This document shows, piece by piece, positions 38,900 to 53,434 of a stretch of 64,000 bases of DNA (position 1 is the stretch's first letter; every line of letters starts with the position of its first letter). The notes beneath the pieces are model-generated. The model made no database searches. It was not told where the DNA came from and saw only the letters and a program-made list of their open reading frames with translations. Origin of the DNA: Eledone cirrhosa (lineage: Eukaryota); NCBI GenBank assembly GCA_964016885.1, contig OZ024741.1, positions 52,328,001 to 52,392,000 of the forward strand. The letters run 5' to 3'. The position numbers were made by a program, and so were the translations under genes.

Positions 38900-40676
38900 A
38901 TTTCATTTATTAGCTACAAGGGCCGACATGTAGGGGACAATACAAAGACAGGGACAGTGGGGTTACGATAAGGTCGAGTAAAAGGGCACAATGGCAAGAC
39001 TAATTTAACAAGGAAGATATAAAAAATATAAAATAAACTATGCATAAATATAACAAAATAAATTCCCCTATAGGGTGTGGACGACCCAGGGGTGACTCGG
39101 GTACCCCATTAATCCTGAACCACCCTGCGCTTCTAAGGCACCCAGGGAGATCATCCCTCTCCTCAAGTTAGCTAGCCTACAGGCGCATGGTCAGAGTAGG
39201 CCCATTCACACTGACCATTCTCGCCACATTCATCCACCTTTTAGCAAATGTACTGGGGGGGGGGGGGGGGGCAGCACTTCTCTCTCCACCCTCACCTTCC
39301 TTTCCAGGTGAAACTTGAAGAAGTTGATGAGGGATTGGCCGAAGAGAAAAGTGTCTGTCTTCAGTCCTTTTAATCAGGTCCACCATATAACCTCTTTCGC
39401 AACGGCCACCAGACAGTGAAAATTGCCTGCTCTTCCTGGCCAAGGGAGGCGGCGGGTCGATCTTGACTATGGACTCGGTCGATAGCCGAATCCGTTCCAC
39501 ACGCGACAGTAGCTGTTCGACATAACTCCACAAGTCAGTAATGCACGGACATTGGACAAGTGCGTGCAGAGCGGTTTCGTCGCTCTGTGCGCATCTTGGG
39601 CAGGTCCGTCTGACAGCACTTCCGTGCCTGTAGAGTTTATCCCGAACCGGCAGTGCCCCCCGGTAGCACTGCCAAGCGAGGGATTTCTGGAAACTGTCCA
39701 TCGTCCCCGGCTCGAAAGTCCTCCGGTACAGACTGGTCAGTTCGACTTCGTCGAGGCCCAAAGCTTCTCCGAGTGCGTCATCGCACTTCCCCACCACTAA
39801 TCCTCTATAGAACTCGAGAGTGGAAGTTCCACTGATCGCATTTCCCGCTTGGTAGAGGGCAGTGTGTGCCTGGCAACATTCCAGGTGCCAGTCACCGAGT
39901 CTCGGTCTCTTCTTGACCCAGGACTGCAGCTCAGTCAAAGAAACGAGCTGCGGAAAGGCCCGTCTGATAAACGGCGACCACACCTGTTCACCGTTTAGGC
40001 AGAATATCTGGAGATGTCGCAGCATCAGCGCATGTCTGCGCATCATTAGCCACGGCATGCCCAGCCCTCCGCGTAGAGGGTGCTGGCAGCAGATGGACCG
40101 CTTCACCAACGGAATTTGTCCCCACCACAAGAATTTGAAGAGGAGCCATTCCAACTTGACGAGGCGCGGACGGGGGCAAGGCACGATGATCAGGCGGTAG
40201 TAGATGACGGACACGATGTACGCATTCGCCACCTCTACGCGACCTTTCAGTGATAGCTTCCACCCAGCCCATTTCTGGGTGACACTGGCTACTCTGCTCG
40301 TTACCTCGTCCCAATTCTTTTCCATCTGGAGGTCTGGTCCGAACCAAACCTCGAGCAACTTTACCGGTCCGTCCGTCCAGCGCCTGTCCAGGTTCCGAGC
40401 TGCAAGCCCACCGACTTTTCCGGGTTAAGTTTGGCTCCTGTCAACCTTTTATATTCCTTCAATAAGGTGCCGACCACCTCGATTTCTGAGGTGTCCGACA
40501 CCATCACGGTGATGTCGTCCGCATAAGCCGACACCGTCTTTCCACGTCCCGGTTCGAGTGGGTTGCCCTGCAACAGCTCCAGCTTCCGCAGTAAAGGCTC
40601 GAGAGTCAATACGTACAGAAGTATACTTCTTGTTCTCGTCTTTCCTTATCAGCGTCACCACTCCCCGGCTCACAGA
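38900..40676 (-). mobile_element. 5'-truncated, internally deleted Tx1-like LINE related to the 8.4-14.1 kb element
   Basis: ORFs 39177-40358 and 40361-40609 align with ORF2 (YADD, WFGPDLQ, RGALPVRDKL, CPRC). GVVTLIRKDENK is joined directly to the YVLTLEPLL region. 3' end AATAAATGAAAT. Confidence 0.9.
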
Positions 40677-40829
40677 ACAGCAACGACAACAACGACAACA
40701 ACGACAACAACGACAACAACGACAACAACGACAACAGCGACAACAACGACAACAACGATCACATCAATTCCAGACAATTTTGAATGAAATGAACTTAACA
40801 CTGATTTATTACTCGCGTGGACGGCAGCA

Positions 40830-40928
40830 TTGATGACGACGACGATGATGATGATAATGATGATGATGATGATGATGGCGATGATGATAGTGGTGGTGAT
40901 GATGATGATGATGATGGTGGTGGTGATG

Positions 40929-40978
<50 letters not shown>

Positions 40979-41134
40979 GATGATGATGATGATGGTGGTG
41001 GTGATGATGATGAACATGATAGTGAAGGTGATGATGATGATGATGATGGTGATGCTGATGATGGTGATGATGATGATGGTGATGGTGGTGATGACGATGG
41101 CGATGATGATGATGGCGATGATGGCGATGATGGC

Positions 41135-41168
<34 letters not shown>

Positions 41169-41181
41169 GTGATGATGGGGA

Positions 41182-41212
<31 letters not shown>

Positions 41213-41350
41213 GGTGATGATGATGATCATAATGATGGTGATGATGGTGATGATGATGATGACGGCGATGATGTTGGTGGTACTGCAGCTGTTACTGATG
41301 ATGGTGATCGGGAATGATACATTGATGAGAATTACAATTATGTGTTGATG
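40830..41350. repeat. (GAT/GGT)n tract
   Basis: Direct inspection. Confidence 0.95.
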
Positions 41351-41377
41351 GCGAAGACGGTGGTGATAAATATGGCG

Positions 41378-44300
41378 TTGGTGTTGGTGGTCTTAATGTT
41401 ATGATGTCTCTTGTTACTTCTGATAAGGTTTGTTGTTGTTATTGTTGTTGGTGTTGGTGGTCTTAATGTTATGATGTCTCTTGTTACTTCTGATAAGGTT
41501 TGTTGTTGTTATTGTTGTTGGTGTTGGTGGTCTTAATGTTATGATGTCTCTTGTTACTTCTGATAAGGTTTGTTGTTGTTATTGTTGTTGGTGTTGGTGT
41601 TGTTGGTGTTGTTGTTGTTGTTGTTGGTGTTGGTGGTCTTAATGTTATGATGTCTCTTGTTACTTCTGATAAGGTTTGTTGTTGTTATTGTTGTTGGTGT
41701 TGGTGGTCTTAATGTTATGATGTCTCTTGTTACTTCTGATAAGGTTTGTTGTTGTTATTGTTGTTGGTGTTGGTGGTCTTAATGTTATGATGTCTCTTGT
41801 TACTTCTGATAAGGTTTGTTGTTGTTATTGTTGTTGGTGTTGGTGGTCTTAATGTTATGATGTCTCTTGTTACTTCTGATAAGGTTTGTTGTTGTTATTG
41901 TTGTTGGTGTTGGTGGTCTTAATGTTATGATGTCTCTTGTTACTTCTGATAAGGTTTGTTGTTGTTATTGTTGTTGGTGTTGGTGGTCTTAATGTTATGA
42001 TGTCTCTTGTTACTTCTGATAAGGTTTGTTATTGTTATTGTTGTTGGTGTTGGTGGTCTTAATGTTATGATGTCTCTTGTTACTTCTGATAAGGTTTGTT
42101 GTTGTTATTGTTGTTGGTGTTGGTGTTGTTGGTGTTGTTGTTGTTGTTGTTGGTGTTGGTGGTCTTAATGTTATGATGTCTCTTGTTACTTCTGATAAGG
42201 TTTGTTGTTGTTATTGTTGTTGGTGTTGGTGGTCTTAATGTTATGATGTCTCTTGTTACTTCTGATAAGGTTTGTTGTTGTTATTGTTGTTGGTGTTGGT
42301 GGTCTTAATGTTATGATGTCTCTTGTTACTTCTGATAAGGTTTGTTGTTGTTATTGTTGTTGGTGTTGGTGGTCTTAATGTTATGATGTCTCTTGTTACT
42401 TCTGATAAGGTTTGTTGTTGTTATTGTTGTTGGTGTTGGTGGTCTTAATGTTATGATGTCTCTTGTTACTTCTGATAAGGTTTGTTGTTGTTATTGTTGT
42501 TGGCGTTGGTGGTCTTAATGTTATGATGTCTCTTGTTACTTCTGATAAGGTTTGTTGTTGTTATTGTTGTTGGTGTTGGTGGTCTTAATGTTATGATGTC
42601 TCTTGTTACTTCTGATAAGGTTTGTTGTTGTTATTGTTGTTGGTGTTGGTGGTCTTAATGTTATGATGTCTCTTGTTACTTATGATAAGGTTTGTTATTG
42701 TTATTGTTGTTGGTGTTGGTGGTCTTAATGTTATGATGTCTCTTGTTACTTCTGATAAGGTTTGTTGTTGTTATTGTTGTTGGTGTTGGTGTTGTTGGTG
42801 TTGTTGTTGTTGTTGTTGGTGTTGGTGGTCTTAATGTTATGATGTCTCTTGTTACTTCTGATAAGGTTTGTTGTTGTTATTGTTGTTGGTGTTGGTGGTC
42901 TTAATGTTATGATGTCTCTTGTTACTTCTGATAAGGTTTGTTGTTGTTATTGTTGTTGGTGTTGGTGGTCTTAATGTTATGATGTCTCTTGTTACTTCTG
43001 ATAAGGTTTGTTGTTGTTATTGTTGTTGGTGTTGGTGGTCTTAATGTTATGATGTCTCTTGTTACTTCTGATAAGGTTTGTTGTTGTTATTGTTGTTGGT
43101 GTTGGTGGTCTTAATGTTATGATGTCTCTTGTTACTTCTGATAAGGTTTGTTGTTGTTATTGTTGTTGGTGTTGGTGGTCTTAATGTTATGATGTCTCTT
43201 GTTACTTCTGATAAGGTTTGTTATTGTTATTGTTGTTGGTGTTGGTGGTCTTAATGTTATGATGTCTCTTGTTACTTCTGATAAGGTTTGTTGTTGTTAT
43301 TGTTGTTGGTGTTGGTGTTGTTGGTGTTGTTGTTGTTGTTGTTGGTGTTGGTGGTCTTAATATTATGATGTCTCTTGTTACTTCTGATAAGGTTTGTTGT
43401 TGTTATTGTTGTTGGTGTTGGTGGTCTTAATGTCATGATGTCTCTTGTTACTTCTGATAAGGTTTGTTGTTGTTATTGTTGTTGGTGTTGGTGTTGTTGG
43501 TGTTGTTGTTGTTGTTGTTGGTGTTGGTGGTCTTAATGTTATGATGTCTCTTGTTACTTCTGATAAGGTTTGTTGTTGTTATTGTTGTTGGTGTTGGTGG
43601 TCTTAATGTTATGATGTCTCTTGTTACTTTTGATAAGGTTTGTTGTTGTTATTGTTGTTGGTGTTGGTGGTCTTAATGTTATGATGTCTCTTGTTACTTC
43701 TGATAAGGTTTGTTGTTGTTATTGTTGTTGGTGTTGGTGTTGTTGGTGTTGTTGTTGTTGTTGGTGTTGGTGGTCTTAATGTTATGATGTCTCTTGTTAC
43801 TTCTGATAAGGTTTGTTGTTGTTATTGTTGTTGGTGTTGGTGGTCTTAATGTTATGATGTCTCTTGTTACTTCTGATAAGGTTTGTTGTTGTTATTGTTG
43901 TTGGTGTTGGTGGTCTTAATGTTATGATGTCTCTTGTTACTTCTGATAAGGTTTGTTATTGTTATTGTTGTTGGTGTTGGTGGTCTTAATGTTATGATGT
44001 CTCTTGTTACTTCTGATAAGGTTTGTTGTTGTTATTGTTGTTGGTGTTGGTGTTGTTGGTGTTGTTGTTGTTGTTGTTGGTGTTGGTGGTCTTAATGTTA
44101 TGATGTCTCTTGTTACTTCTGATAAGGTTTGTTGTTGTTATTGTTGTTGGTGTTGGTGGTCTTAATGTTATGATGTCTCTTGTTACTTCTGATAAGGTTT
44201 GTTGTTGTTATTGTTGTTGGTGTTGGTGTTGTTGGTGTTGTTGTTGTTGTTGTTGGTGTTGGTGGTCTTAATGTTATGATGTCTCTTGTTACTTCTGATA

Positions 44301-47300
44301 AGGTTTGTTATTGTTATTGTTGTTGGTGTTGGTGGTCTTAATGTTATGATGTCTCTTGTTACTTCTGATAAGGTTTGTTGTTGTTATTGTTGTTGGTGTT
44401 GGTGTTGTTGGTGTTGTTGTTGTTGTTGTTGGTGTTGGTGGTCTTAATGTTATGATGTCTCTTGTTACTTCTGATAAGGTTTGTTATTGTTATTGTTGTT
44501 GGTGTTGGTGGTCTTAATGTTATGATGTCTCTTGTTACTTCTGATAAGGTTTGTTGTTGTTATTGTTGTTGGTGTTGGTGTTGTTGGTGTTGTTGTTGTT
44601 GTTGTTGGTGTTGGTGGTCTTAATGTTATGATGTCTCTTGTTACTTCTGATAAGGTTTGTTGTTGTTATTGTTGTTGGTGTTGGTGGTCTTAATGTTATG
44701 ATGTCTCTTGTTACTTCTGATAAGGTTTGTTGTTGTTATTGTTGTTGGTGTTGGTGTTGTTGGTGTTGTTGTTGTTGTTGTTGGTGTTGGTGGTCTTAAT
44801 GTTATGATGTCTCTTGTTACTTCTGATAAGGTTTGTTGTTGTTATTGTTGTTGGTGTTGGTGGTCTTAATGTTATGATGTCTCTTGTTACTTCTGATAAG
44901 GTTTGTTGTTGTTATTGTTGTTGGTGTTGGTGGTCTTAATGTTATGATGTCTCTTGTTACTTCTGATAAGGTTTGTTGTTGTTATTGTTGTTGGTGTTGG
45001 TGGTCTTAATGTTATGATGTCTCTTGTTACTTCTGATAAGGTTTGTTGTTGTTATTGTTGTTGGTGTTGTTGTTGGTGTTGTTGGTGGGGTAGTTATTGT
45101 TGGTGGTATTGGTGTTGTTGTTGTAGTTGTCGTTATTGTTGTTGTAGTTGTTGTTGGTGTTGGTGGTCTTAATGTTATGATGTCTCTTGTTACTTCTGAT
45201 AAGGTTTGTTGTTGTTATTGTTGTTGGTGTTGGTGTTGTTGGTGTTGTTGTTGTTGTTGTTGGTGTTGGTGGTCTTAATGTTATGATGTCTCTTGTTACT
45301 TCTGATAAGGTTTGTTGTTGTTATTGTTGTTGGTGTTGGTGGTCTTAATGTTATGATGTCTCTTGTTACTTCTGATAAGGTTTGTTATTGTTATTGTTGT
45401 TGGTGTTGGTGGTCTTAATGTTATGATGTCTCTTGTTACTTCTGATAAGGTTTGTTGTTGTTATTGTTGTTGGTGTTGGTGGTCTTAATGTTATGATGTC
45501 TCTTGTTACTTCTGATAAGGTTTGTTGTTGTTATTGTTGTTGGTGTTGTTGGTGTTGTTGGTGTTGTTGTTGTTGTTGTTGGTGTTGGTGGTCTTAATGT
45601 TATGATGTCTCTTGTTACTTCTGATAAGGTTTGTTGTTGTTATTGTTGTTGGTGTTGGTGGTCTTAATGTTATGATGTCTCTTGTTACTTCTGATAAGGT
45701 TTGTTGTTGTTATTGTTGTTGGTGTTGGTGTTGTTGGTGTTGTTGTTGTTGTTGTTGGTGTTGGTGGTCTTAATGTTATGATGTCTCTTGTTTCTTCTGA
45801 TAAGGTTTGTTGTTGTTATTGTTGTTGGTGTTGGTGGTCTTAATGTTATGATGTCTCTTGTTACTTCTGATAAGGTTTGTTGTTGTTATTGTTGTTGGTG
45901 TTGTTGGTGTTGTTGTTGTTGTTGTTGGTGTTGGTGGTCTTAATGTTATGATGTCTCTTGTTACTTCTGATAAGGTTTGTTGTTGTTATTGTTGTTGGTG
46001 TTGGTGGTCTTAATGTTATGATGTCTCTTGTTACTTCTGATAAGGTTTGTTGTTGTTATTGTTGTTGGTGTTGGTGGTTTTAATGTTATGATGTCTCTTG
46101 TTACTTCTGATAAGGTTTGTTGTTGTTATTGTTGTTGGTGTTGGTGGTCTTAATGTTATGATGTCTCTTGTTACTTCTGATAAGGTTTGTTGTTGTTATT
46201 GTTGTTGGTGTTGGTGTTGTTGGTGTTGTTGTTGTTGTTGTTGGTGTTGGTGGTCTTAATGTTATGATGTCTCTTGTTACTTCTGATAAGGTTTGTTGTT
46301 GTTATTGTTGTTGGCGTTGGTGGTCTTAATGTTATGATGTCTCTTGTTACTTCTGATAAGGTTTGTTGTTGTTATTGTTGTTGGTGTTGGTGGTCTTAAT
46401 GTTATGATGTCTCTTGTTACTTCTGATAAGGTTTGTTGTTGTTATTGTTGTTGGTGTTGGTGGTCTTAATGTTATGATGTCTCTTGTTACTTATGATAAA
46501 GTTTGTTATTGTTATTGTTGTTGGTGTTGGTGGTCTTAATGTTATGATGTCTCTTGTTACTTCTGATAAGGTTTGTTGTTGTTATTGTTGTTGGTGTTGG
46601 TGTTGTTGGTGTTGTTGTTGTTGTTGTTGGTGTTGGTGGTCTTAATGTTATGATGTCTCTTGTTACTTCTGATAAGGTTTGTTGTTGTTATTGTTGTTGG
46701 TGTTGGTGGTCTTAATGTTATGATGTCTCTTGTTACTTCTGATAAGGTTTGTTGTTGTTATTGTTGTTGGTGTTGGTGGTCTTAATGTTATGATGTCTCT
46801 TGTTACTTCTGATAAGGTTTGTTGTTGTTATTGTTGTTGGTGTTGGTGGTCTTAATGTTATGATGTCTCTTGTTACTTCTGATAAGGTTTGTTGTTGTTA
46901 TTGTTGTTGGTGTTGGTGGTCTTAATGTTATGATGTCTCTTGTTACTTCTGATAAGGTTTGTTGTTGTTATTGTTGTTGGTGTTGGTGGTCTTAATGTTA
47001 TGATGTCTCTTGTTACTTCTGATAAGGTTTGTTATTGTTATTGTTGTTGGTGTTGGTGGTCTTAATGTTATGATGTCTCTTGTTACTTCTGATAAGGTTT
47101 GTTGTTGTTATTGTTGTTGGTGTTGGTGTTGTTGGTGTTGTTGTTGTTGTTCTTGGTGTTGGTGGTCTTAATATTATGATGTCTCTTGTTACTTCTGATA
47201 AGGTTTGTTGTTGTTATTGTTGTTGGTGTTGGTGGTCTTAATGTTATGATGTCTCTTGTTACTTCTGATAAGGTTTGTTGTTGTTATTGTTGTTGGTGTT

Positions 47301-50300
47301 GGTGTTGTTGGTGTTGTTGTTGTTGTTGTTGGTGTTGGTGGTCTTAATGTTATGATGTCTCTTGTTACTTCTGATAAGGTTTGTTGTTGTTATTGTTGTT
47401 GGTGTTGGTGGTCTTAATGTTATGATGTCTCTTGTTACTTTTGATAAGGTTTGTTGTTGTTATTGTTGTTGGTGTTGGTGGTCTTAATGTTATGATGTCT
47501 CTTGTTACTTCTGATAAGGTTTGTTGTTGTTATTGTTGTTGGTGTTGGTGTTGTTGGTGTTGTTGTTGTTGTTGGTGTTGGTGGTCTTAATGTTATGATG
47601 TCTCTTGTTACTTCTGATAAGGTTTGTTGTTGTTATTGTTGTTGGTGTTGGTGGTCTTAATGTTATGATGTCTCTTGTTACTTCTGATAAGGTTTGTTGT
47701 TGTTATTGTTGTTGGTGTTGGTGGTCTTAATGTTATGATGTCTCTTGTTACTTCTGATAAGGTTTGTTATTGTTATTGTTGTTGGTGTTGGTGGTCTTAA
47801 TGTTATGATGTCTCTTGTTACTTCTGATAAGGTTTGTTGTTGTTATTGTTGTTGGTGTTGGTGTTGTTGGTGTTGTTGTTGTTGTTGTTGGTGTTGGTGG
47901 TCTTAATGTTATGATGTCTCTTGTTACTTCTGATAAGGTTTGTTGTTGTTATTGTTGTTGGTGTTGGTGGTCTTAATGTTATGATGTCTCTTGTTACTTC
48001 TGATAAGGTTTGTTGTTGTTATTGTTGTTGGTGTTGGTGTTGTTGGTGTTGTTGTTGTTGTTGTTGGTGTTGGTGGTCTTAATGTTATGATGTCTCTTGT
48101 TACTTCTGATAAGGTTTGTTATTGTTATTGTTGTTGGTGTTGGTGGTCTTAATGTTATGATGTCTCTTGTTACTTCTGATAAGGTTTGTTGTTGTTATTG
48201 TTGTTGGTGTTGGTGTTGTTGGTGTTGTTGTTGTTGTTGTTGGTGTTGGTGGTCTTAATGTTATGATGTCTCTTGTTACTTCTGATAAGGTTTGTTATTG
48301 TTATTGTTGTTGGTGTTGGTGGTCTTAATGTTATGATGTCTCTTGTTACTTCTGATAAGGTTTGTTGTTGTTATTGTTGTTGGTGTTGGTGTTGTTGGTG
48401 TTGTTGTTGTTGTTGTTGGTGTTGGTGGTCTTAATGTTATGATGTCTCTTGTTACTTCTGATAAGGTTTGTTGTTGTTATTGTTGTTGGTGTTGGTGGTC
48501 TTAATGTTATGATGTCTCTTGTTACTTCTGATAAGGTTTGTTGTTGTTATTGTTGTTGGTGTTGGTGTTGTTGGTGTTGTTGTTGTTGTTGTTGGTGTTG
48601 GTGGTCTTAATGTTATGATGTCTCTTGTTACTTCTGATAAGGTTTGTTGTTGTTATTGTTGTTGGTGTTGGTGGTCTTAATGTTATGATGTCTCTTGTTA
48701 CTTCTGATAAGGTTTGTTGTTGTTATTGTTGTTGGTGTTGGTGGTCTTAATGTTATGATGTCTCTTGTTACTTCTGATAAGGTTTGTTGTTGTTATTGTT
48801 GTTGGTGTTGGTGGTCTTAATGTTATGATGTCTCTTGTTACTTCTGATAAGGTTTGTTGTTGTTATTGTTGTTGGTGTTGTTGTTGGTGTTGTTGGTGGG
48901 GTAGTTATTGTTGGTGGTATTGGTGTTGTTGTTGTAGTTGTCGTTATTGTTGTTGTAGTTGTTGTTGGTGTTGGTGGTCTTAATGTTATGATGTCTCTTG
49001 TTACTTCTGATAAGGTTTGTTGTTGTTATTGTTGTTGGTGTTGGTGTTGTTGGTGTTGTTGTTGTTGTTGTTGGTGTTGGTGGTCTTAATGTTATGATGT
49101 CTCTTGTTACTTCTGATAAGGTTTGTTGTTGTTATTGTTGTTGGTGTTGGTGGTCTTAATGTTATGATGTCTCTTGTTACTTCTGATAAGGTTTGTTATT
49201 GTTATTGTTGTTGGTGTTGGTGGTCTTAATGTTATGATGTCTCTTGTTACTTCTGATAAGGTTTGTTGTTGTTATTGTTGTTGGTGTTGGTGGTCTTAAT
49301 GTTATGATGTCTCTTGTTACTTCTGATAAGGTTTGTTGTTGTTATTGTTGTTGGTGTTGTTGGTGTTGTTGTTGTTGTTGTTGGTGTTGGTGGTCTTAAT
49401 GATATGATGTCTCTTGTTACTTCTGATAAGGTTTGTTGTTGTTATTGTTGTTGGTGTTGGTGGTCTTAATGTTATGATGTCTCTTGTTACTTCTGATAAG
49501 GTTTGTTGTTGTTATTGTTGTTGGTGTTGGTGTTGTTGGTGTTGTTGTTGTTGTTGTTGGTGTTGGTGGTCTTAATGTTATGATGTCTCTTGTTTCTTCT
49601 GATAAGGTTTGTTGTTGTTATTGTTGTTGGTGTTGGTGGTCTTAATGTTATGATGTCTCTTGTTACTTCTGATAAGGTTTGTTGTTGTTATTGTTGTTGG
49701 TGTTGTTGGTGTTGTTGTTGTTGTTGTTGGTGTTGGTGGTCTTAATGTTATGATGTCTCTTGTTACTTCTGATAAGGTTTGTTGTTGTTATTGTTGTTGG
49801 TGTTGGTGGTCTTAATATTATGATGTCTCTTGTTACTTCTGATAAGGTTTGTTGTTGTTATTGTTGTTGGTGTTGGTGGTTTTAATGTTATGATGTCTCT
49901 TGTTACTTCTGATAAGGTTTGTTGTTGTTATTGTTGTTGGTGTTGGTGGTCTTAATGTTATGATGTCTCTTGTTACTTCTGATAAGGTTTGTTGTTGTTA
50001 TTGTTGTTGGTGTTGGTGTTGTTGGTGTTGTTGTTGTTGTTGTTGGTGTTGGTGGTCTTAATGTTATGATGTCTCTTGTTACTTCTGATAAGGTTTGTTG
50101 TTGTTACTGTTGTTGGTGTTGGTGGTCTTAATGTTATGATGTCTCTTGTTACTTCTGATAAGGTTTGTTGTTGTTATTGTTGTTGGTGTTGGTGTTGTTG
50201 GTGTTGTTGTTGTTGTTGTTGGTGTTGGTGGTCTTAATGTTATGATGTCTCTTGTTACTTCTGATAAGGTTTGTTGTTGTTATTGTTGTTGGTGTTGGTG

Positions 50301-53300
50301 GTCTTAATGTTATGATGTCTCTTGTTACTTCTGATAAGGTTTGTTGTTGTTATTGTTGTTGGTGTCGGTGTTGTTGGTGTTGTTGTTGTTGTTGGTGTTG
50401 GTGGTCTTAATGTTATGATGTCTCTTGTTACTTCTGATAAGGTTTGTTGTTGTTATTGTTGTTGGTGTTGGTGGTCTTAATGTTATGATGTCTCTTGTTA
50501 CTTCTGATAAGGTTTGTTGTTGTTATTGTTGTTGGTGTTGGTGGTCTTAATGTTATGATGTCTCTTGTTACTTCTGATAAGGTTTGTTATTGTTATTGTT
50601 GTTGGTGTTGGTGGTCTTAATGTTATGATGTCTCTTGTTACTTCTGATAAGGTTTGTTGTTGTTATTGTTGTTGGTGTTGGTGTTGTTGGTGTTGTTGTT
50701 GTTGTTGTTGGTGTTGGTGGTCTTAATGTTATGATGTCTCTTGTTACTTCTGATAAGGTTTGTTGTTGTTATTGTTGTTGGTGTTGGTGGTCTTAATGTT
50801 ATGATGTCTCTTGTTACTTCTGATAAGGTTTGTTGTTGTTATTGTTGTTGGTGTTGGTGTTGTTGGTGTTGTTGTTGTTGTTGTTGGTGTTGGTGGTCTT
50901 AATGTTATGATGTCTCTTGTTACTTATGATAAGGTTTGTTATTGTTATTGTTGTTGGTGTTGGTGGTCTTAATGTTATGATGTCTCTTGTTACTTCTGAT
51001 AAGGTTTGTTGTTGTTATTGTTGTTGGTGTTGGTGTTGTTGGTGTTGTTGTTGTTGTTGTTGGTGTTGGTGGTCTTAATGTTATGATGACTCTTGTTACT
51101 TCTGATAAGGTTTGTTATTGTTATTGTTGTTGGTGTTGGTGGTCTTAATGTTATGATGTCTCTTGTTACTTCTGATAAGGTTTGTTGTTGTTATTGTTGT
51201 TGGTGTTGGTGTTGTTGGTGTTGTTGTTGTTGTTGTTGGTGTTGGTGGTCTTAATGTTATGATGTCTCTTGTTACTTCTGATAAGGTTTGTTGTTGTTAT
51301 TGTTGTTGGTGTTGGTGGTCTTAATGTTATGATGTCTCTTGTTACTTCTGATAAGGTTTGTTGTTGTTATTGTTGTTGGTGTTGGTGTTGTTGGTGTTGT
51401 TGTTGTTGTTGTTGGTGTTGGTGGTCTTAATGTTATGATGTCTCTTGTTACTTCTGATAAGGTTTGTTGTTGTTATTGTTGTTGGTGTTGGTGGTCTTAA
51501 TGTTATGATGTCTCTTGTTACTTCTGATAAGGTTTGTTGTTGTTATTGTTGTTGGTGTTGGTGGTCTTAATGTTATGATGTCTCTTGTTACTTCTGATAA
51601 GGTTTGTTGTTGTTATTGTTGTTGGTGTTGGTGTTGTTGGTGTTGTTGTTGTTGTTGTTGGTGTTGGTGGTCTTAATGTTATGATGTCTCTTGTTTCTTC
51701 TGATAAGGTTTGTTGTTGTTATTGTTGTTGGTGTTGGTGGTCTTAATGTTATGATGTCTCTTGTTACTTCTGATAAGGTTTGTTGTTGTTATTGTTGTTG
51801 GTGTTGTTGGTGTTGTTGTTGTTGTTGTTGGTGTTGGTGGTCTTAATGTTATGATGTCTCTTGTTACTTCTGATAAGGTTTGTTGTTGTTATTGTTGTTG
51901 GTGTTGGTGGTCTTAATGTTATGATGTCTCTTGTTACTTCTGATAAGGTTTGTTGTTGTTATTGTTGTTGGTGTTGGTGTTGTTGGTGTTGTTGTTGTTG
52001 TTGTTGGTGTTGGTGGTCTTAATGTTATGATGTCTCTTGTTTCTTCTGATAAGGTTTGTTGTTGTTATTGTTGTTGGTGTTGGTGGTCTTAATGTTATGA
52101 TGTCTCTTGTTACTTCTGATAAGGTTTGTTGTTGTTATTGTTGTTGGTGTTGTTGGTGTTGTTGTTGTTGTTGTTGGTGTTGGTGGTCTTAATGTTATGA
52201 TGTCTCTTGTTACTTCTGATAAGGTTTGTTGTTGTTATTGTTGTTGGTGTTGGTGGTCTTAATGTTATGATGTCTCTTGTTACTTCTGATAAGGTTTGTT
52301 GTTGTTATTGTTGTTGGTGTTGGTGGTTTTAATGTTATGATGTCTCTTGTTACTTCTGATAAGGTTTGTTGTTGTTATTGTTGTTGGTGTTGGTGGTCTT
52401 AATGTTATGATGTCTCTTGTTACTTCTGATAAGGTTTGTTGTTGTTATTGTTGTTGGTGTTGGTGGTCTTAATGTTATGATGTCTCTTGTTACTTCTGAT
52501 AAGGTTTGTTGTTGTTATTGTTGTTGGTGTTGGTGGTCTTAATGTTATGATGTCTCTTGTTACTTCTGATAAGGTTTGTTGTTGTTATTGTTGTTGGTGT
52601 TGGTGGTCTTAATGTTATGATGTCTCTTGTTACTTCTGATAAGGTTTGTTGTTGTTATTGTTGTTGGTGTTGTTGTTGGTGTTGTTGGTGGCGTAGTTAT
52701 TGTTGGTGGTATTGGTGTTGTTGTTGTAGTTGTCGTTGTTGTTGTTGTAGTTGTTGTTGGTGTTGTTGTTATTGTTGGTGGTGTTGGTGTTGTTGGTGTT
52801 GTTGGTGGTGTTGTTGGTGGTGTTGTTGTTGTTGTTATCGTTGTTGGTGTTGTTGTAGTTGTTGTTGGTGTTGTTTTTGTTGGTGGTGTTGTTATTGTTG
52901 GTGGTGTTGGTGTTGTTGTTATCGTTGGTGGTGTTGGTGTTGTTGTTGTTGGTGGTGTTGTTATTGTTGGTGGTGTTGGTGTTGTTGTTATCGTTGTTGG
53001 TGTTGGTGTTGTTGTTGGTGGTGGTGTTGTTATTGTTGGTGGTGTTGGTGTTGTTGTTGCTGTTGTTGTTGCTGTTGTTGTAGTTGTTGTTGGTGGTGTT
53101 GTTATTGTTGGTGGTGTTGGTTTTATTGGTGGTGTTGTTGGTGGTGTTGGTGTTGTTGTTATCGTTGTTGGTGTTGTTGTAGTTGTTGTTGTTGGTGTTG
53201 TTGGTGGTGTTGGTGTTGTTGTTATCGTTGTTGGTGTTGGTGTTGTTATTGTTGTTGTTGTTGTTGTTGTAGTTGTAGTTGTTGTTGCTGTTGGTGTTGT

Positions 53301-53398
53301 TTTCGCTGTTGTTGTTTTGTCGTTGTTGTCGTTGTTGTTGTTGGTGGTGGTGTTGGTGGTGGTGTTGTTGCTGTTGTTGTTGTTGTTGTTGTTGTTAT

Positions 53399-53434
<36 letters not shown>
